64,000 bases of DNA from Octopus sinensis (taxonomy: Eukaryota). The translations under genes and the position numbers were made by a program. This document shows, piece by piece, positions 37,185-52,583 of this stretch. How positions within the stretch are numbered: the first letter of the stretch is position 1; the number at the start of each line of letters is the position of its first letter. Location: contig NC_043022.1 of the NCBI RefSeq assembly GCF_006345805.1, positions 22,692,001 to 22,756,000 on the forward strand, in the 5' to 3' direction. The notes beneath the pieces were generated by a model, which was not told where the DNA came from, did no database searches, and was given only the letters and a program-made list of their open reading frames with translations.

Positions 37185-40100
37185 ATGAGTATGTGTGTCT
37201 TTCTGTCAGTGTTTGCTTCCCACTTCCACTTGACAACTGGTAGAATAAGTATCAGGATTTAAAAAATGAAAGTATTGGTGACAATTTATTCGATTAAAAT
37301 TCTTCAAAGTAGTGCCCCCAGCATGGCCACAGTCTAACAACTGAAACAAGTAATAGATAAATGGTTATTGATGATGATGATGATGAGGGTTCAAGTTGAT
37401 CCGATCAATGGAACAGCCTACTCGTATATATATATGCATAAATATAGATGTATGTATAATATATATATATTTATGTACACACACACACACACACACACAC
37501 ATATGATGGGCTTCTTTTAGTTTCCATCTACCAAATCCACTTACAAGGCTGGTCTTTTGAATTACGGGTACAGCTTATTTTTGCCAGCTGATTGAACTGG
37601 ATTAATGTGAAATAAAGTTTCTTGCTCAAGAGCACAATGCAGTATCAGGAATTGAACTCACGACCTCATGTTGCTTCATTTCACTCAACTGGCAAAACTG
37701 AGTAGTACCCGTATTTCAAAGGGCCAGTCTTATCACATTCTGTATCGTGCTGGATCATCATCATCATCATCATCATCGTTTAACGTCCGCTTTCCATGCT
37801 AGCATGGGTTGGACGGTTCAACTGGGGTCTGGGAAGCCAAAAGGCTGCACCAGGCCCAGTCAGGTCTGGCAGTGTTTCTACAGCTGGATGCCCTTCCTAA
37901 CGCCAACCACTCCGTGAGTGTAGTGGGTGCTTTTTACGTGCCACCTGCACAGGTGCCAGGTGAGGCTGGCAAACGGCCATGATCAGATGGTGCTTTTTAC
38001 ATGCCACCGGCACGAAGCCAGTCGGGGCAGCGCTGGCAACGGCCATGTTCGGATGGTTCATACCACCGGCACTGGTATCACAGCTGCAATTTCCATTGAT
38101 GTTGATTGATTTCGATTTCTCTTCTTGAGAAATACATTAAGGGTACACGTGTCTGTGGCATGCCCAGCCACTTGATTGTTAATTTCATGGGCAGACTGTC
38201 CTGTTGACAAAATCGGCCGGAACCCTTGTCATCGGAACCAACAGAATTTCAGTATATGCGTGCTTGCGCATGTGTGTATGTATGAAATCTCTACTAAGAT
38301 TTGATGACCAGACCTTATGCATGCATAAGATCTTATGACAGCATAAGATCTGGTCATCAAATCTAAGTTGAGATTTCAAACTTAAAATCTTCAAAGCCAC
38401 AGTCGAACCAATTCTACTATATGGCTCAGAAACCTGGACGTTATCAAAGAAGCTTGAGAGGCGGTTGGATGGAACCTACACTCGCCTCCTTATGAGAGCT
38501 CAAAATCTCTCGTGGAAGCGTCATCCAACCAAAATGCAAATATATGGGAAACTACCACCTGTGTCATCTCTTGTGAAAGGTAGGAGAGTCCAGTTTGCTG
38601 GACATTGTTGTAGAGCTGAAAAAGAGGTAATTTCTACTCTTCTCCTCTGGAAGCCATCTACTAGCAATACCAGAGGGCGCACACTCTCCTACCCTGATGT
38701 AATCTCCAGGGATACAGGCATCCAGCAACAGGACCTCCGTAATGCTATGATGGACCGTGAAGTCTGGCGTAGCATAGTAAATTCCATTGTCTCGAACACG
38801 GTCGAACAATGATGATGTATGTATGAATGAATGAATATGTATGCAAGCAGGATGAGTCTGCCGCCAGAAACCAGCTGGTCTTACCATGCTGGAGGGGAGT
38901 TGTTCGCTCCCTTACTCACAATATAACAGACACAGGTTGTGTGTGGTTAAGCAGCTGGAAAAGATGTATTCCTGGGGTTAAAATGTAGTAACGTTGTTCT
39001 GCATGGAACAGCCATGTAAAAGTGACAACAAACATTACTGTTAAATACTGTTACTACATGAATCTCTTTGTGGAGGCACAATGGCTCAGTGGTTAGGGCA
39101 GCAGACTTGTGGTTGGAGGATCGTATTTTCGATTCCCAGACCAGGCGTTGTGTGTGTTTATTGAGCAAAAACACCTAAATCTCCACAAGGCTCTGGCAGT
39201 GGGTGATGGCGACCCCTGTTGTACTTCTTCGCCCCAACTTTCTCTCACTCTTTCTTCCTATTTCTTGAGAAATGCTTTGATGGACTGGCGTCCCATCCAG
39301 CTGGTGGGGAACACATATGCCAGAGAAACCAGGAAACTGGGCCCATGATCCTGGCTAGGCTTGAAAAGGGTGCATAAATAATAAAAATAAATATATCTGT
39401 GAAGGCACATAGCCTAATGGTCAGGCTGTTGTACTCACAATCGCTAGACTGTGGGTTCAATTCCTTGACTGGACCAATATGTTGTGTTTTTGAGCAAAAT
39501 ACTTTATTTCACATTGCTCCAGTCCTTCTTTTGATCATGGGTATTGTTGGCATGCTCATCTACCCAGCTGATGGGCCCTGTTTCCCGGTTTCTGTGGCAT
39601 ACGTGTTCTCCCCAGCTGGACAGGAAGCCAGTCCATCGCAGCGTTACTCAAGAAACAGGAAGAAAGAGTGAGAGAAAGTTGGGGCGAAGGAGTACAACAG
39701 GGGTCACCATCACCCACTGCCAGAGCCTTGAAAAGGGCGCGTAAATAAAAAAAAATGAATCTCTTTCAGAGATTTTAAAACTAGCTACTTTAGTATGTTA
39801 TATATATACTTAGGCGCAGGAGTGGCTGTGTGGTAGGTAGCTTGCTAACCAACCACATGGTTCCGGGTTCAGTCCCACTGCGTGGCATCTTGGGCAAGTG
39901 TCTTCTGCTATAGCCTCGGGCCGACCAATGTCTTGTGAGTGGATTTGGTAGACGGAAACTGAAAGAAGCCTATCGTATATATGTATATATATATATATGT
40001 ATGTGTTTGTGTGTCTGCGTTTGTCCCCCTAGCATTGCTTGACAACCGATGCTGGTGTGTTTACATCTCTGTAACTTAGCAGTTTGGCAAAAGAGACCGA

Positions 40101-40720
40101 TAGAATAAGTACTGGGCTTACAAAGAATAAGTCCCGGGGGTCAATTTGCTCGACTAGAGGCGGTGTTCCAGCATGGCCGCAGTCAAATGACTGAAACAAG
40201 TAAAAGAGTAAAAAAGAGAGAGAGAGAGAGAGAGTTACCTGTACTGTCTTAAACTCCTCACAAACATCTGATGGCTGGTTGTCATTGTATCTCGCTATGG
40301 CACTGTAGGGTGTGGATGAAGAAACAGGCCGACATTTTGGCTGCAGTTCAACACTTTCATCTTTCATTTCGCTTTTGTTCTCTACATGTTGCTGCTCACA
40401 TTGATCTCTTAAAAGCTTAATGCTACATGTTGCGCTGTTTTGTGCTGAGCAACTGTTGTTCTGAAATTCATCAAAGATATTACATGCTATATGTTGTATG
40501 ATTAAATATCAAACAGATGATGCTTTTGAAACTTCTAGGAAATAGCATTTATGAGAGGTGAAGGCTGGACTGTGTGGGTGGGAAGCTGGCTTTCCAACCA
40601 TGAGTTCTTGGGTTCATTCCCACTGCATGGTAGCTTGAGTCTCTTCTGTTATAACCCCAGGCTGACCAAAGCCTTGTAAGTGGATTTGGTAGACAAAAAC
40701 TAAAAGAAACCCATCATATA

Positions 40721-40782
<62 letters not shown>

Positions 40783-41276
40783 CACAGGAGTGGCTGTGTG
40801 GTAAGTAGCTTGCTAACCAACCACATGGTTCCGGGTTCAGTCCCACTGTGTGGCATCTTGGGCAAGTGTCTTCTGCTATAGCCTCGGGCCGACCAATGCC
40901 TTGTGAGTGGATTTGGTAGACGGAAACTGAAAGAAGCCTGTCGTATATATATATATGTATGTGTGTGTGTGTCTGTGTTTGTCCACCTAGCATTGTTTGA
41001 CAACCGATGCTGGTGTGTTTACGTCCCCGTCACTTAGCAGTTCGGCAAAAGAGACCGATAGAATAAGTACTGGGCTTACAAAGAATAAGTCCCAGGGTCG
41101 ATTTGCTCGACTAAAGGCGGTGCTCCAGCATGGCCGCAGTCAAATGACTGAAACAAGTAAAAGAGTATAGTTAATCCGAACATGAAAACACAACAACGCG
41201 AGGACGTGGAACAAATATAGTATTATTGGACGCTCAGGAAGGAAGATACAAACATACGTTTATATCTGTGTGTGTG

Positions 41277-41311
<35 letters not shown>

Positions 41312-44300
41312 TAGAAAAAAAACACCTTTTATCAATTCAAAATGAAAAATTAAATTACACCATCTAGAAAATCACATATAATAGAAAGATTAAATATAAG
41401 ATAAAAAATATAATGATGATTAAGTGCAAAATAATAAATAAAATGTTTATATACTTAAGATCACCACCCACTCTCTCTCTTCTGTCCTCCCTCAGTTATA
41501 GGAGCCTTAACCTTGCAAGTTATCAGGCAATCATCACTAGTGCTGATGCTATGGAAAAAGCAACCAGTATACTCTGTAAAATGGTTGGCGTTATGAAGGG
41601 CAACTAGTTTTAGCTTCTCTACTGCAAGAGCTCTGTTCTGTTCTAGCCTATTCTAACAGACTTTAGCAGACTCTGACATATAACAGCAGCAGCAGCTGTA
41701 GTAGTGACAGTAAAGTAGCGGTAGTGGTAGTGGTAGTTGAAAATACCCTCTTCCCAGAATTGAGGTACCTGGGAGGATAAGTCGAAAGGTAAGATCCTAT
41801 AAATCCGCACAAACTTGCCGGACAACCCAATAAAAAAAAATGTACATTTAAACCAAAGTGTAGGGGCAAGGAGAAATGAAAAAGAGGAGGAGAAGGTTTA
41901 CTGACCTTGTTAGTGAACATGTGGTCCCTTGGTGGGTGGATTGTGTATGAAGTATTTAGAATCTCTTGTGGGAAGTTGATAGGCTGCTCAGACCGATTAT
42001 TATAAGAGGACGAGGCAGAAGGGGCGGTCATTGAGTAACCATCACCTGTGGTAAAGAAAATGTTTTATATAATATTGATTAGCAGATATTGATGTAATTT
42101 TGTTGCAGGAGGAAATATTTAAAGTTAAGGGCTACGCCCTGCAGCAGAGAATGGAAGAATGTAGCAGAACAACATTTTATACACGCATGAAAGTTACCTC
42201 AGTCTAATAAAGGTATGTTGACTTAGCTTATATCACACCATTGTACCACATAACACACTGTTCTACATAATACACCTCTCACATTTCACACTGTGCTCCT
42301 ACATTACACTCTGACCTCTCACATTACACACTAACTTCACATATTACATGCTGACCTCCCTCATAACACGCAAGCTTCCATCATAACACGCAAACTTCCC
42401 TCATAACACACAAACTTCCCTCATAACATGCAAACTTCCCTCATAACACGCAAGCTTCCCTCATAACATGCAAACTTTCCACATAGGGTCAGGTGTGGCT
42501 GTGTGGAACATCATCATCATCATCGTTTAACGTCTGTTTTCCATGCTAGCATGGATTGGACGGTTCAACTGGGATCTGGGAAGCCAGAAGGCTGCACCAG
42601 GCCCCAGTCTGATCTGGCAGTGTTTCTACAGCTGGATGCCCTTCCTAATGCCAACCACTCCGTGAGTGTAGTGGGTGCTTTTTACATGCCACCGGCACGG
42701 AAGCCAGTCAAGGCGGCACTAGCATTGGCCACGTTTGGATGGTGCTTTTTATCTGCCACCAGCACAGAAGCCAGTCAAGGCGGTGCTGGCATCAGCCATG
42801 CTTTGACTGGCTTAGGGAAAACGATTATATTCAGATTACACTGAGGCACATCTATCATTGTCTCATGGCACATTAGTGTGCCAATGGCATACCATTGCAG
42901 AGCACTATACTAAATTAAATTCATATTACCGTGTGTTGAATATACATTCATGGGTTGTGTTGATGTGGTCATTGTTTCCATCATGATCCTTCTAGAAGTC
43001 TCTGACGGCCTCTTCTGCAGGAACCTGTTCTGAGGTACTGATAAAGTAAATGACCAAGGAGGGGTTACGGAGCCTGTAACCGCCCTTGTTCCAAAACCAT
43101 TGTTGACGTTTTCTGCCACTGTGCTCCAGGTTGTCATAGATGTGGGGACTTCATGTTTCGTTTGGTAAGGAGCTGGAGAAAGATGGGGTAAAGACGGAGC
43201 TGATGGAAGAGGAAATATATTTTCTGTTGAGAGGTTCTTCTTGGGCTGACTCCATGCTGTCTTCTTCAAAGGTCGTATTTCTGAACAAGTGATCTAGACA
43301 TAGAGTGGAAGAAATGGAAATTAATGTTATAATTCATTAAATTAATGGATCTTTTCAGTTTGAATGGCAGTTTTTTCTAGCAGTGTCATATGAAATTGTC
43401 ACCCATAATTATGACCCTAGCATCGATCTATTGCATTTCAATCTGTTTTAGTGTTAGGGTTAGTTAAGGTTGGTTAGGGTTAGGAGTGGGGGGAAGGGTA
43501 TCTTTTTCTTCAGAAATGTAAATAAACCCAATCTGTTTCTTAAACACGGGACATATTCATATGGCACAGAATGTTTTTTACCTCAATGGACGTAATTGAT
43601 TGGTTGAAATTGCAGAAATTGAAGAAAAAAAGCAACAAATATATTACAAACTATAGAATTTTCTCAATAAAGCCAAGAGAAAAAGATGTTTTATAAACAC
43701 AATCTACCAGTATACGAAGTTTAAAAGTGTTTATTTACCTAGAAATTATGTTAAAAACTGGCGTTCAAACCGAAAAGATCCAAATTAATAAAGCATTGGT
43801 GGAGTGGGTAGGATGGGACACTTTCACCACTACCAATCCCAATAACAATTGCTACTACTTCCATTACCACCACCACCACTACTGATGAGACCCCCTTCGG
43901 TCATGACTGACCATGGGATTGCACCAAGAAAGTTACCTATTTCTTTACTATCCACAAGGGGCTAAATACAGAGGAGACAAACAAGGACAAACAAACAATG
44001 AAGTAGATTATATCGACCCCAGTGCGTAACTGGTACTTATTTAATCGACCCCGAAAGGATGAAAGGCAAAGTCGCCTCGGCGGAATTTGAACTCAGAACG
44101 TAACGGCAGACAAAATACGGCTACGCATTTCGCCCGGCGTTCTAACGTTTCTGCCAGCTCGCCGCCTTTATTTCTAGGATGGTAACTTTCTAGGATTGCA
44201 CCAAGAGTTACCATCCCAGGCACAAGTCTGGGCAAGGTTGTTTATGGAAGTTCCAATATCATGCAAATGTGCCTTATATACCACACCCATTTTCTTTGCA

Positions 44301-45722
44301 ATTTAGCAGTTTCTCATTAAGCCACACCCATCTTTTGCAGAAGAAAGCATGTTATGTCAATAAGTCACGCCCAACGTTAAAGGGTTTCACTCTTTTACTT
44401 ATTTCAGTCATTTGACTGTGGCCATGCTGGAGCACTGCCTTTAGTCACAAGCAAATCGACCCTAGGACTTATTCTTTGTAAGCCTAGTACTTATTCTATT
44501 GGTTTCTTTTTGCCGAACCGCTAAGTTACAGGAATGTAAACACACCAGCATTGGTTGTCAAGCGATGTTGGGGGGACAAACACAGACACACAAACATATA
44601 CACACACATATGCAAAGTTCAGAGAGCTCTTACCTCTGCTGGTGACAAAAGGCCTCTCGCACAGAGTGAAAGGCAGACTGTATGATGCGTGTGTACGAAC
44701 AGCCATGCTACATGGCAGTGAAACATGGGCCGTGACTGCTGAGGATATGCGTAAGCTCGCTAGAAATGAAGCCAGTATGCTCCGATGGATGTGTAATGCC
44801 GGTACTCACACTCGGCAGAGTGTAAGTACCTTGAGAGAAAAGCTGGACCTAAGAAGCATCAGTTGTGGTGTGCAAGAGAGACGTTTGCGCTGGTATGGTC
44901 ATGTGGCGAGAATGGATGAAGATAGTTGTGTGAAAAAGTGCCACACCCTAGTGGTTGAGGGAACCTGTGGAAGAGGCAGACCCAGGAAAACCTGGGACGA
45001 GGTGGTGAAGCACGACCTTCGAACTTTAGGTCTCACTGAGGAAATGACTAGAGACTGAGACCTCTGGAAGTGTGCTGTGCGCGAGAAGACCCGGCAGGAC
45101 AAGTGAGTCCATAACCCGTGGCCTTCTACATGGGATGGAGCCAGCCTACGTATGCATACCTTCCCTTCTTGGGACACAAAACTCTACTTGTGAAGACGTG
45201 TGTTGAGGCAAGTGAGGATCAGAATCGAAATCGATCAATGGAAATTGCGGATGTGTTACCAGTGCCGGTGGCATGTCGAAACTCTACTTGTGAAGACCCG
45301 TTGAGGCAAGTGAGGATCAGAATCGAAATCGATCAATGGAAATCGATCAATGGAAATTGCAGATGTGTTACCAGTGCCGGTGGCATGTAAGAGAACTTTC
45401 CGTTTCGCGACCGTTGCCAGCACCGCCCCGTTTCGTGTCCATTGCCAGCCTCGCCTGGCCCTCGTGCCGGTGGCACATAAAAAGCACCATCCGTTCGTGG
45501 CCGTTTGCCAGCTCTGTCTGGCACCAGTGCGGGTGGCACGTAAAAAGCACCCACTACACTCACGGAGTGGTTGGCGTTAGGAAGGGCATCCAGCCGTAGA
45601 AACACTGCCAGATTTGACTGGGCCTGATGAAGCCTTCTGGCTTCACAGACCCCAGTAGAACCGTCCAACCCATGCTAGCATGGAAAACGGACGCTAAACG
45701 ATGATGATGATGATGATGATGA

Positions 45723-45758
<36 letters not shown>

Positions 45759-46423
45759 TCATCATCGTTTAACGTCTGCTTTCCATGCTAGCATGGGCTG
45801 GACGATTTTGACTGAGGGCTGGCGAACCAGATGGCTGCACCAGGCTCCAATCTTGATCTGGCAGAGTTTCTACAGCTGGATGCCCTTCCTAACGCCAACC
45901 ACTCCGAGAGTGTAGTGGGTGCTTTTTACGATGGACTTCTTTCAGTTTCCGTCTACCAAATCCACTCACAAGGCTTTGGTCGGCCCGAGGCTATAGTAGA
46001 AGACACTTGCCCAAGGTGCCACGCAGTGGGACTGAACCCAGAACTATGTGGTTCATAAGCAAGCTACTTACCACAATGCCACTCCTGCGCCTATTATATA
46101 ATAACAGTAATAATAATAATAATAATAATAATAAGGATGATGAAAATAATAGAAGTAAACTTACCATAGGTGAATTACACATATATAATTCGTATGGATG
46201 ACCTTTGGCTCCAAATTGTATGATATCATTTTGGTGAAGTCTCACTGATGAATTCTGAAGTTTGACTTCGTTAACAAAGGTTCCATGTAGGCTGTTTAGG
46301 TCAGTCAGGATATAGAGTCCTTCATTCATGTTGAATTCCACCATTGCATGTTGTGTGTCGATTGTTGGTAACTGTCAGATGACACCAGAAGACTTTAAGT
46401 TTGTGTGTAAATGCATGTGTGTG

Positions 46424-46519
<96 letters not shown>

Positions 46520-46543
46520 GTATATATATATGTATATATATAT

Positions 46544-46596
<53 letters not shown>

Positions 46597-46847
46597 GGGT
46601 TTGTATGATTGTGTATAGAGGAATATATATATTATTCAAAGGAATTCCAACTCTGTCTGTTTTTTATGTTTTATTTATATTCTTTATAATATTAATGTAG
46701 AATATAGAATATATAGTATAAATAGTATATATTGATTTTCTTATTGCATAAATGAAATATTGAATATCAAATATTAAGGGATTAGTATACTTTCTTGCAT
46801 TTAAGCAGTCTTCAAGGTCTCAGGTTGTGACAGGAATGTTTCAACTG

Positions 46848-46883
<36 letters not shown>

Positions 46884-48235
46884 ATATAAATACTAGCAGA
46901 ATTGCCGGCGATGCTCGGGGCTGAATTGCTTGAAAGTACTGTTAATGATTGCACTGAATTATGATGATTATTCAGGCAAATATTGATATAAGCTTACGGT
47001 GGGAGATAAGGACTTAACGATCAAACGTGTGCCATTGCATTGTTTTGGGGGAACCAAATTTCTAATGAGCATTATAGGGGCACCAACTTTAAGTTTGAGA
47101 ATGTGTGGTGGTAGTCCGGGGTGCTCAAAGGAATTGAGTACCTCTATTGGATAGTTGATGACGTCCTCTGGGTCAGGAGTTGTATCGATAGACTTATATA
47201 CATAGACTACCCCAGGAATGAGTTTTAGCATTTCATCATTAATATGGTGAACAGTTTTATTCCTCGGGGCCAGAATAGCCCTTTGGCCAATCCAATCCAT
47301 ATTCTGATAATTAGCTTGTAGATCTGGGAACACTGCATCTCTGAGATCAGAAGGCGTCTTAACAATGGTACAAATGGAATCGATGGCAATATTACCATTT
47401 TCATCCCCTGGTATTTTGCCTTCGCCAAGTGCAAGGAGGGTGTGAGGAAATGCTGCTGATGTGATATTACGTCGCATATGAGCACGCATATTGGTGTGAA
47501 GTTTGAGAGTCTTCACCAGTGGCCACAATGTGGATGACTTAAGACACACACTTACTGCATCAGCTCTAGTCCCTTTGGGAATAATGGGAAGTGTTTATCG
47601 GAAGTCCCCTGAAAGAAGAAGTGTTATGCCTACCATGGGAGCTGAAGAGTGTTTGATGTCTCTGAGAGATCTATTTAGTGCCTCAAGAGCACGTCTGTGG
47701 ACCATCGTGCATTCATCCCAAACGATAAGCTTGCATCGTCTGAAGACTTCTGCCTGATCGGAGCTGTTACTGATGTTGCAAGTTGGTATCTCAGTCTTCG
47801 CTAAGTGAAGCGGAAGCTTGAAAGTGGAGTGAGCTGTCTTGCCGCCTGGCAACAAAGTAGCCGCAATTCCAGATGATGCCACAGCTATGCCTTATGTTCG
47901 CCTAATCTCAGCCAATATTAATTTGTTGAGAAAAGTTTTCCCAGTGCCCCCAGGAGCGTCCAGGAAAAATATCCCCACAGCTTTGGCCCGGACTGAATTA
48001 ACAACGGAGTTGTAAGTGAACTTCTGTTCTGGAAGGAGCTTTTGCTCATTGTCGGCTATGTACTCGGCAAGCTCGTCAACATTAAAACATGTCTCATGCA
48101 GAAAATGTGAAGACAGAGTGTTTGTGCCTTCCCGGTTTGTTGAAGGTAGGCCATAGACCGGCAAGGCACTACTGCCCATATCAAGTACAGTATCTTCGAA
48201 TGTAGTTTGTTACCACACAGCCACACCTGCCCCTA

Positions 48236-48266
<31 letters not shown>

Positions 48267-49153
48267 ACGTGTGTGTGTATGGGTAGATATATTATGCATG
48301 TATATATGTGTATATATATATATGTGTGTACATATTACATGTAAATCTATATATATATATACATCTACACATAAAATACAAAATAGAAAGTTATATCTTG
48401 ATATCGCTAGTGATAACAATACTCAAAATATATAAATTGTAGGCCCATCTCTTGCAATTTCGATCAATTGGATCTTGGGGACACAATTCAATTTTAAAAC
48501 AATAACCAAATCCCCTTCTCCGATTTACAATTTACAATTTACAATTATTTAACAAATGCAACACAACAACGTTTCCCTGACGAGAAACCAACAAACGTGA
48601 TTACAATAGTCAAACAGTAATAATAATAACAACAAACCTTTTTAATGTATCCCCATTTATGTGAAACCACTTATTCAAGTTCAAGTCATTGATGCAATTT
48701 TATACGAATTGCTAATACACACATAATAAAGGTGAAAAATTGAAATTTTAATTTGATTAATATGAATTGAAAACCAGTGGTGTAGTGGATCTTCTTCTAG
48801 CAAAAAGGATGACCAGTATTAATTGCTCATCCCTTTTATATAAACACTTTCAATTTAATTGTTGCACACTTGCAAAGAGAAAGGAGGAGACAGTGTAGTG
48901 GTAATGGTAGGAGTGAAGCACTTGAAATGAAAGAGGGAAATTGTAAAATATTTACTTTTACTTTTCTTGAATTTTTGCTTAATTGGGAGTGAAATTGAAA
49001 AAAACTTTACATGCCACAACCCGATGGAATCTACTTGTAAAAATGATAGGTAAATTCCAATTGAAGAAATTCTATATTGTAGAATTGTATAAAAAACGAA
49101 CAGTTTGGGAGACAGAGAAAATCTGCCTGCCTTTTATCATAAGAGATATCATA

Positions 49154-49197
<44 letters not shown>

Positions 49198-52100
49198 TAA
49201 GACACCAGTGCTGGTTTCAGTGTAGCAGTTACTAGCGTCGCCTGACTGGCGTCCATGTTGGTGACACGTAAAAGCACCAACCAATCGTGGCCGTTTGCCA
49301 GCCTCCTCTGGCCCCTGTGCCGGTGGCATGTAAAAAGCACCCACTACACTCACAGAGTGGTTGGCATTAGGAAGGGCATCCAGCTGTAGAAGCACTGCCA
49401 AATCAGACTAGAGCCTGGTGCAGCCTCCATGGCTTACCAGACCCCGGTCGAACCGTCCAACCCATGCTAGCATGGAAAACGGACGTTAAATGATGATGAT
49501 GATATACATACATACACGTTTATATATATATATATATCACTGTGATCACCATGACAACCAGGCTATGAGATGTTGCTACACATCGCTGGTCACAATGCGC
49601 TTTGCATTGTTTTAGCCTTCAAGTGATGCCATCCCGCTGGCTAAGCGAGCAGACCAACAGAAGAAAGCACGAGAGAAAGCTGTGGCAAAAGAGTACAGCA
49701 GTAATTGTATTCACCTCAATAGACATCATTGATTGGTTGAAATTGCCGAAATGCAAGAAATTTAACAATAGCTTACAAACTACAGAATTTTCTCAAGAAA
49801 GCCAAGAGAAAAAGATGTTTTATGTAACACATTCTACCAGTATACGAAGTTTAAAAGTGTTTAGTTACAAAGAATTATTTTTTAAATCTCTCTCTCTCTC
49901 TCTGTATATATATATATATCTTTTTTTCAGACACACACACACACATACGGCTTGGTTGCGTGATGTAGTTACGCAATTCTTTCAACTAATGTGTACCTTC
50001 AGTTATCTCCCTTACGTAATTATCTCCCTTGCACCATTCGTTAAATCTACAGCGCTTCTTTAGTTGACTGGATCAATTAAGAGATGTTTGTAGTTCGTTT
50101 AAAACACACACTGCTATTTTGTATTGGAAAAGAAACTAAACATCTTTTATCCACTCCAGCATATTATGTATCTAACCATGTCAAAAAGAAAAAGAAAAAA
50201 TTGACAAGCAATGCAGAAGAATTGTCGTCCGCATTGTTAATGATATAGTATCGATAAAAGGCGGCGAGCTGGCAGAAACGTTAGCATGCTGGGCGAAATA
50301 GGTAACCGTATTTCGTCTGCCGTTACGTTCTGGGTTCAAATTCCGCCGAGGTCGACTTTGCCTTTCATCCTTTCGGAGTCGATAAATTAAGTACCAGTTA
50401 CGCACTGGGGTCGATGTAATCGACTTAATCCGTTTGTCTATCCTTGTTTGTCCTATCTGTGTTTAGCCCCTTGTGGGTAGTAAAGAAATAGGCATTTCGC
50501 CAGCCGCTACGTTCTGAGTTCAAATTCCGCCGAGGTCGACTTTGCCTTTCATCCTTTCGGGGTCGATAAATTAAGTACCAGTTACGCACTGGAGTCGATA
50601 TAATCGACTTAATCCGTTTGTCTGTCCTTGTTTGTCCCCTCTGTGTTTAGCCCCTTGTGGGTAATAAAGAAACAGATATAGCATCGATAAATACTGCAAA
50701 GTTATTTCGTTTGGCAACTCCCTCTCCTTCTCGCTTTTCTCCGTATTTCTCTATTCCTTCATTCTTTCTTTCTTTCTTTCCTTTTTTTTCTCTTTCTTTC
50801 ACACTCTTAATTTCTTCCTTTCTTCCTTTCTTCACGTACGTAATGTATTCTTTTTCTCTTTTTAATTTGTTATGAAAGAAGGCATCTTGTTTTATTCTTT
50901 TGGTTGTTTCGGTTATTTGATTGCGGTCATGCTGGAGCACCGCCTTCAGTCGAACAAATCGACCCCAGAACTTATTTTCTGTGAGCTTAGTACTTAGTAC
51001 TTATTCTATCTGTCTCTTTTGCCGAACCGCTAAGTTACGGGGGTTGTCAAGATGGTGGGGAGACAAACACAGACGCTCAAATACATATATATTGATTGGG
51101 TCGTCCCATAAATAATGCGGTTTTTTCAATTGCATAATCTGTAAGTCGGAGGAGGCGGGACAAACTACCTGCATCAACTTGCTATAAAAGCAGGTAGTAC
51201 TTTTACCTTGTACTTATTCTTAGTGTAAGTTTTGAAGAGTTCAGTTCGAGTTGAACAGTTATTTTCTCAAAGCTATAATGGAAGTGACAAAGGAGCATAT
51301 TCGACATATTTTGCTTTATGAGTTCAATAAAGGCAACAACGCAACGGAAAGTACGATAAATATTCATGCAGTATATGGGGGATAGGACAATAAGTGTAAC
51401 TCCCCAAAGTCCATCCCCTCCTCACCGTGGTGGGGACGCTGGCAACGGGTAGTGTCAGAGCTATGCCGTCGGGAACTTCGGTTCCTGGTAGGGCCACCCA
51501 AGGCGGATTGGTCTGACACCGAGTGGTACTAGGGCCACAACCCGGCAGACGGTGAAAATCCTCGGAGTGTCTGTTTCGGCAACCGGTGGCTCCTCGCTTG
51601 TTCTGTCCCTGTGTCTGCGGACAATCTGTGGCAAACAGGATGTCTCCACATGCGGGATTGTTGGGGACCGCTTGTGAAATCCACATATTCCCACATATTC
51701 CCACGAAACTTCTTCCATGAGTAGAAGAAGCCGACTCAACCCGCCCAGGGTGAATGTCGCCACAAGTACAATTAAGTAGTGTCAACGGAAATTCCAGAAA
51801 TTCCGAGCCGGAAACTACAGTCTAGAAGACGAGCCTCGTCCCAGAAGATCTGTAGAGCTCAACAAGGACGTCCTGCAATCCCTGGTAGAACAAAATCCCA
51901 TCGTAACTGTTGAGGAACTAGCAGAGAAGGTTGGATTTGGTCATTCAACCATTCATCGAGACTTGCGCTACTAGAAAAATTACTACCTTTCAAGACGAAA
52001 GGTGTTCTTCCATCAGGATAATGCTTGGCCACGTACATCGATGATGACATTCCAAAGGCTGGAGCATTTTGAATGGGAGACGATGCCCTATACACCATAT

Positions 52101-52512
52101 TCGCTGGACATTGCCCCATCTGATTATCATTTATTCCGCAGTTTTCAAAATCATTTGAACAGAAAAAATGTGAATTCTGTAGACGAGGTTAGAAGAGTAC
52201 TGGAGGAGTAGTTTTTATCACGGACAGGTGAATTTTGGAAGAGGAGCATTGCAAGTCTACCAGGTAGATGGAAGAGCTATCTACATAGCAGCAACTGAGA
52301 CTACAGAATAATGGAATAAGTAGATGTACTTCAAGAAGAAGCAGTTAGGATTTACCCTAAGTACCTGTGGTAAGTAGCTTGCTAACCAAACACATGGTTC
52401 CGGGTTCAGTCCCACTGCGTGGCATCTTGGGCAAGTGTCTTCTGCTATAGCCTCGGGCCGACCAAAGCCTTGTGAGTGGATTTGGTAGACGGAAACTGAA
52501 AGAAGCCTGTCG

Positions 52513-52583
<71 letters not shown>

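Noticed and set aside
43882-43905. CTGATGA GACC..GGTC as a hammerhead
   Set aside because: The stem is followed by ATGA rather than GAAA; chance junction at a repeat start
45624-45645. CTGATGA AGCC TTCT GGCT as a hammerhead
   Set aside because: No GAAA follows; it is a point variant of the LINE 3' UTR sequence CTGGTGCAGCC
48577-48600. CTGACGAGAAAC
   Set aside because: No stem II or stem I can be formed
51395-51770. Solo LTR reading (TGTAAC...GTACA with AATAAG/ATTAAG flanks)
   Set aside because: The second copy at 32697 lacks the TGTAA start and has a tandem tail with a 9-bp TSD, which favours a non-LTR retroposon
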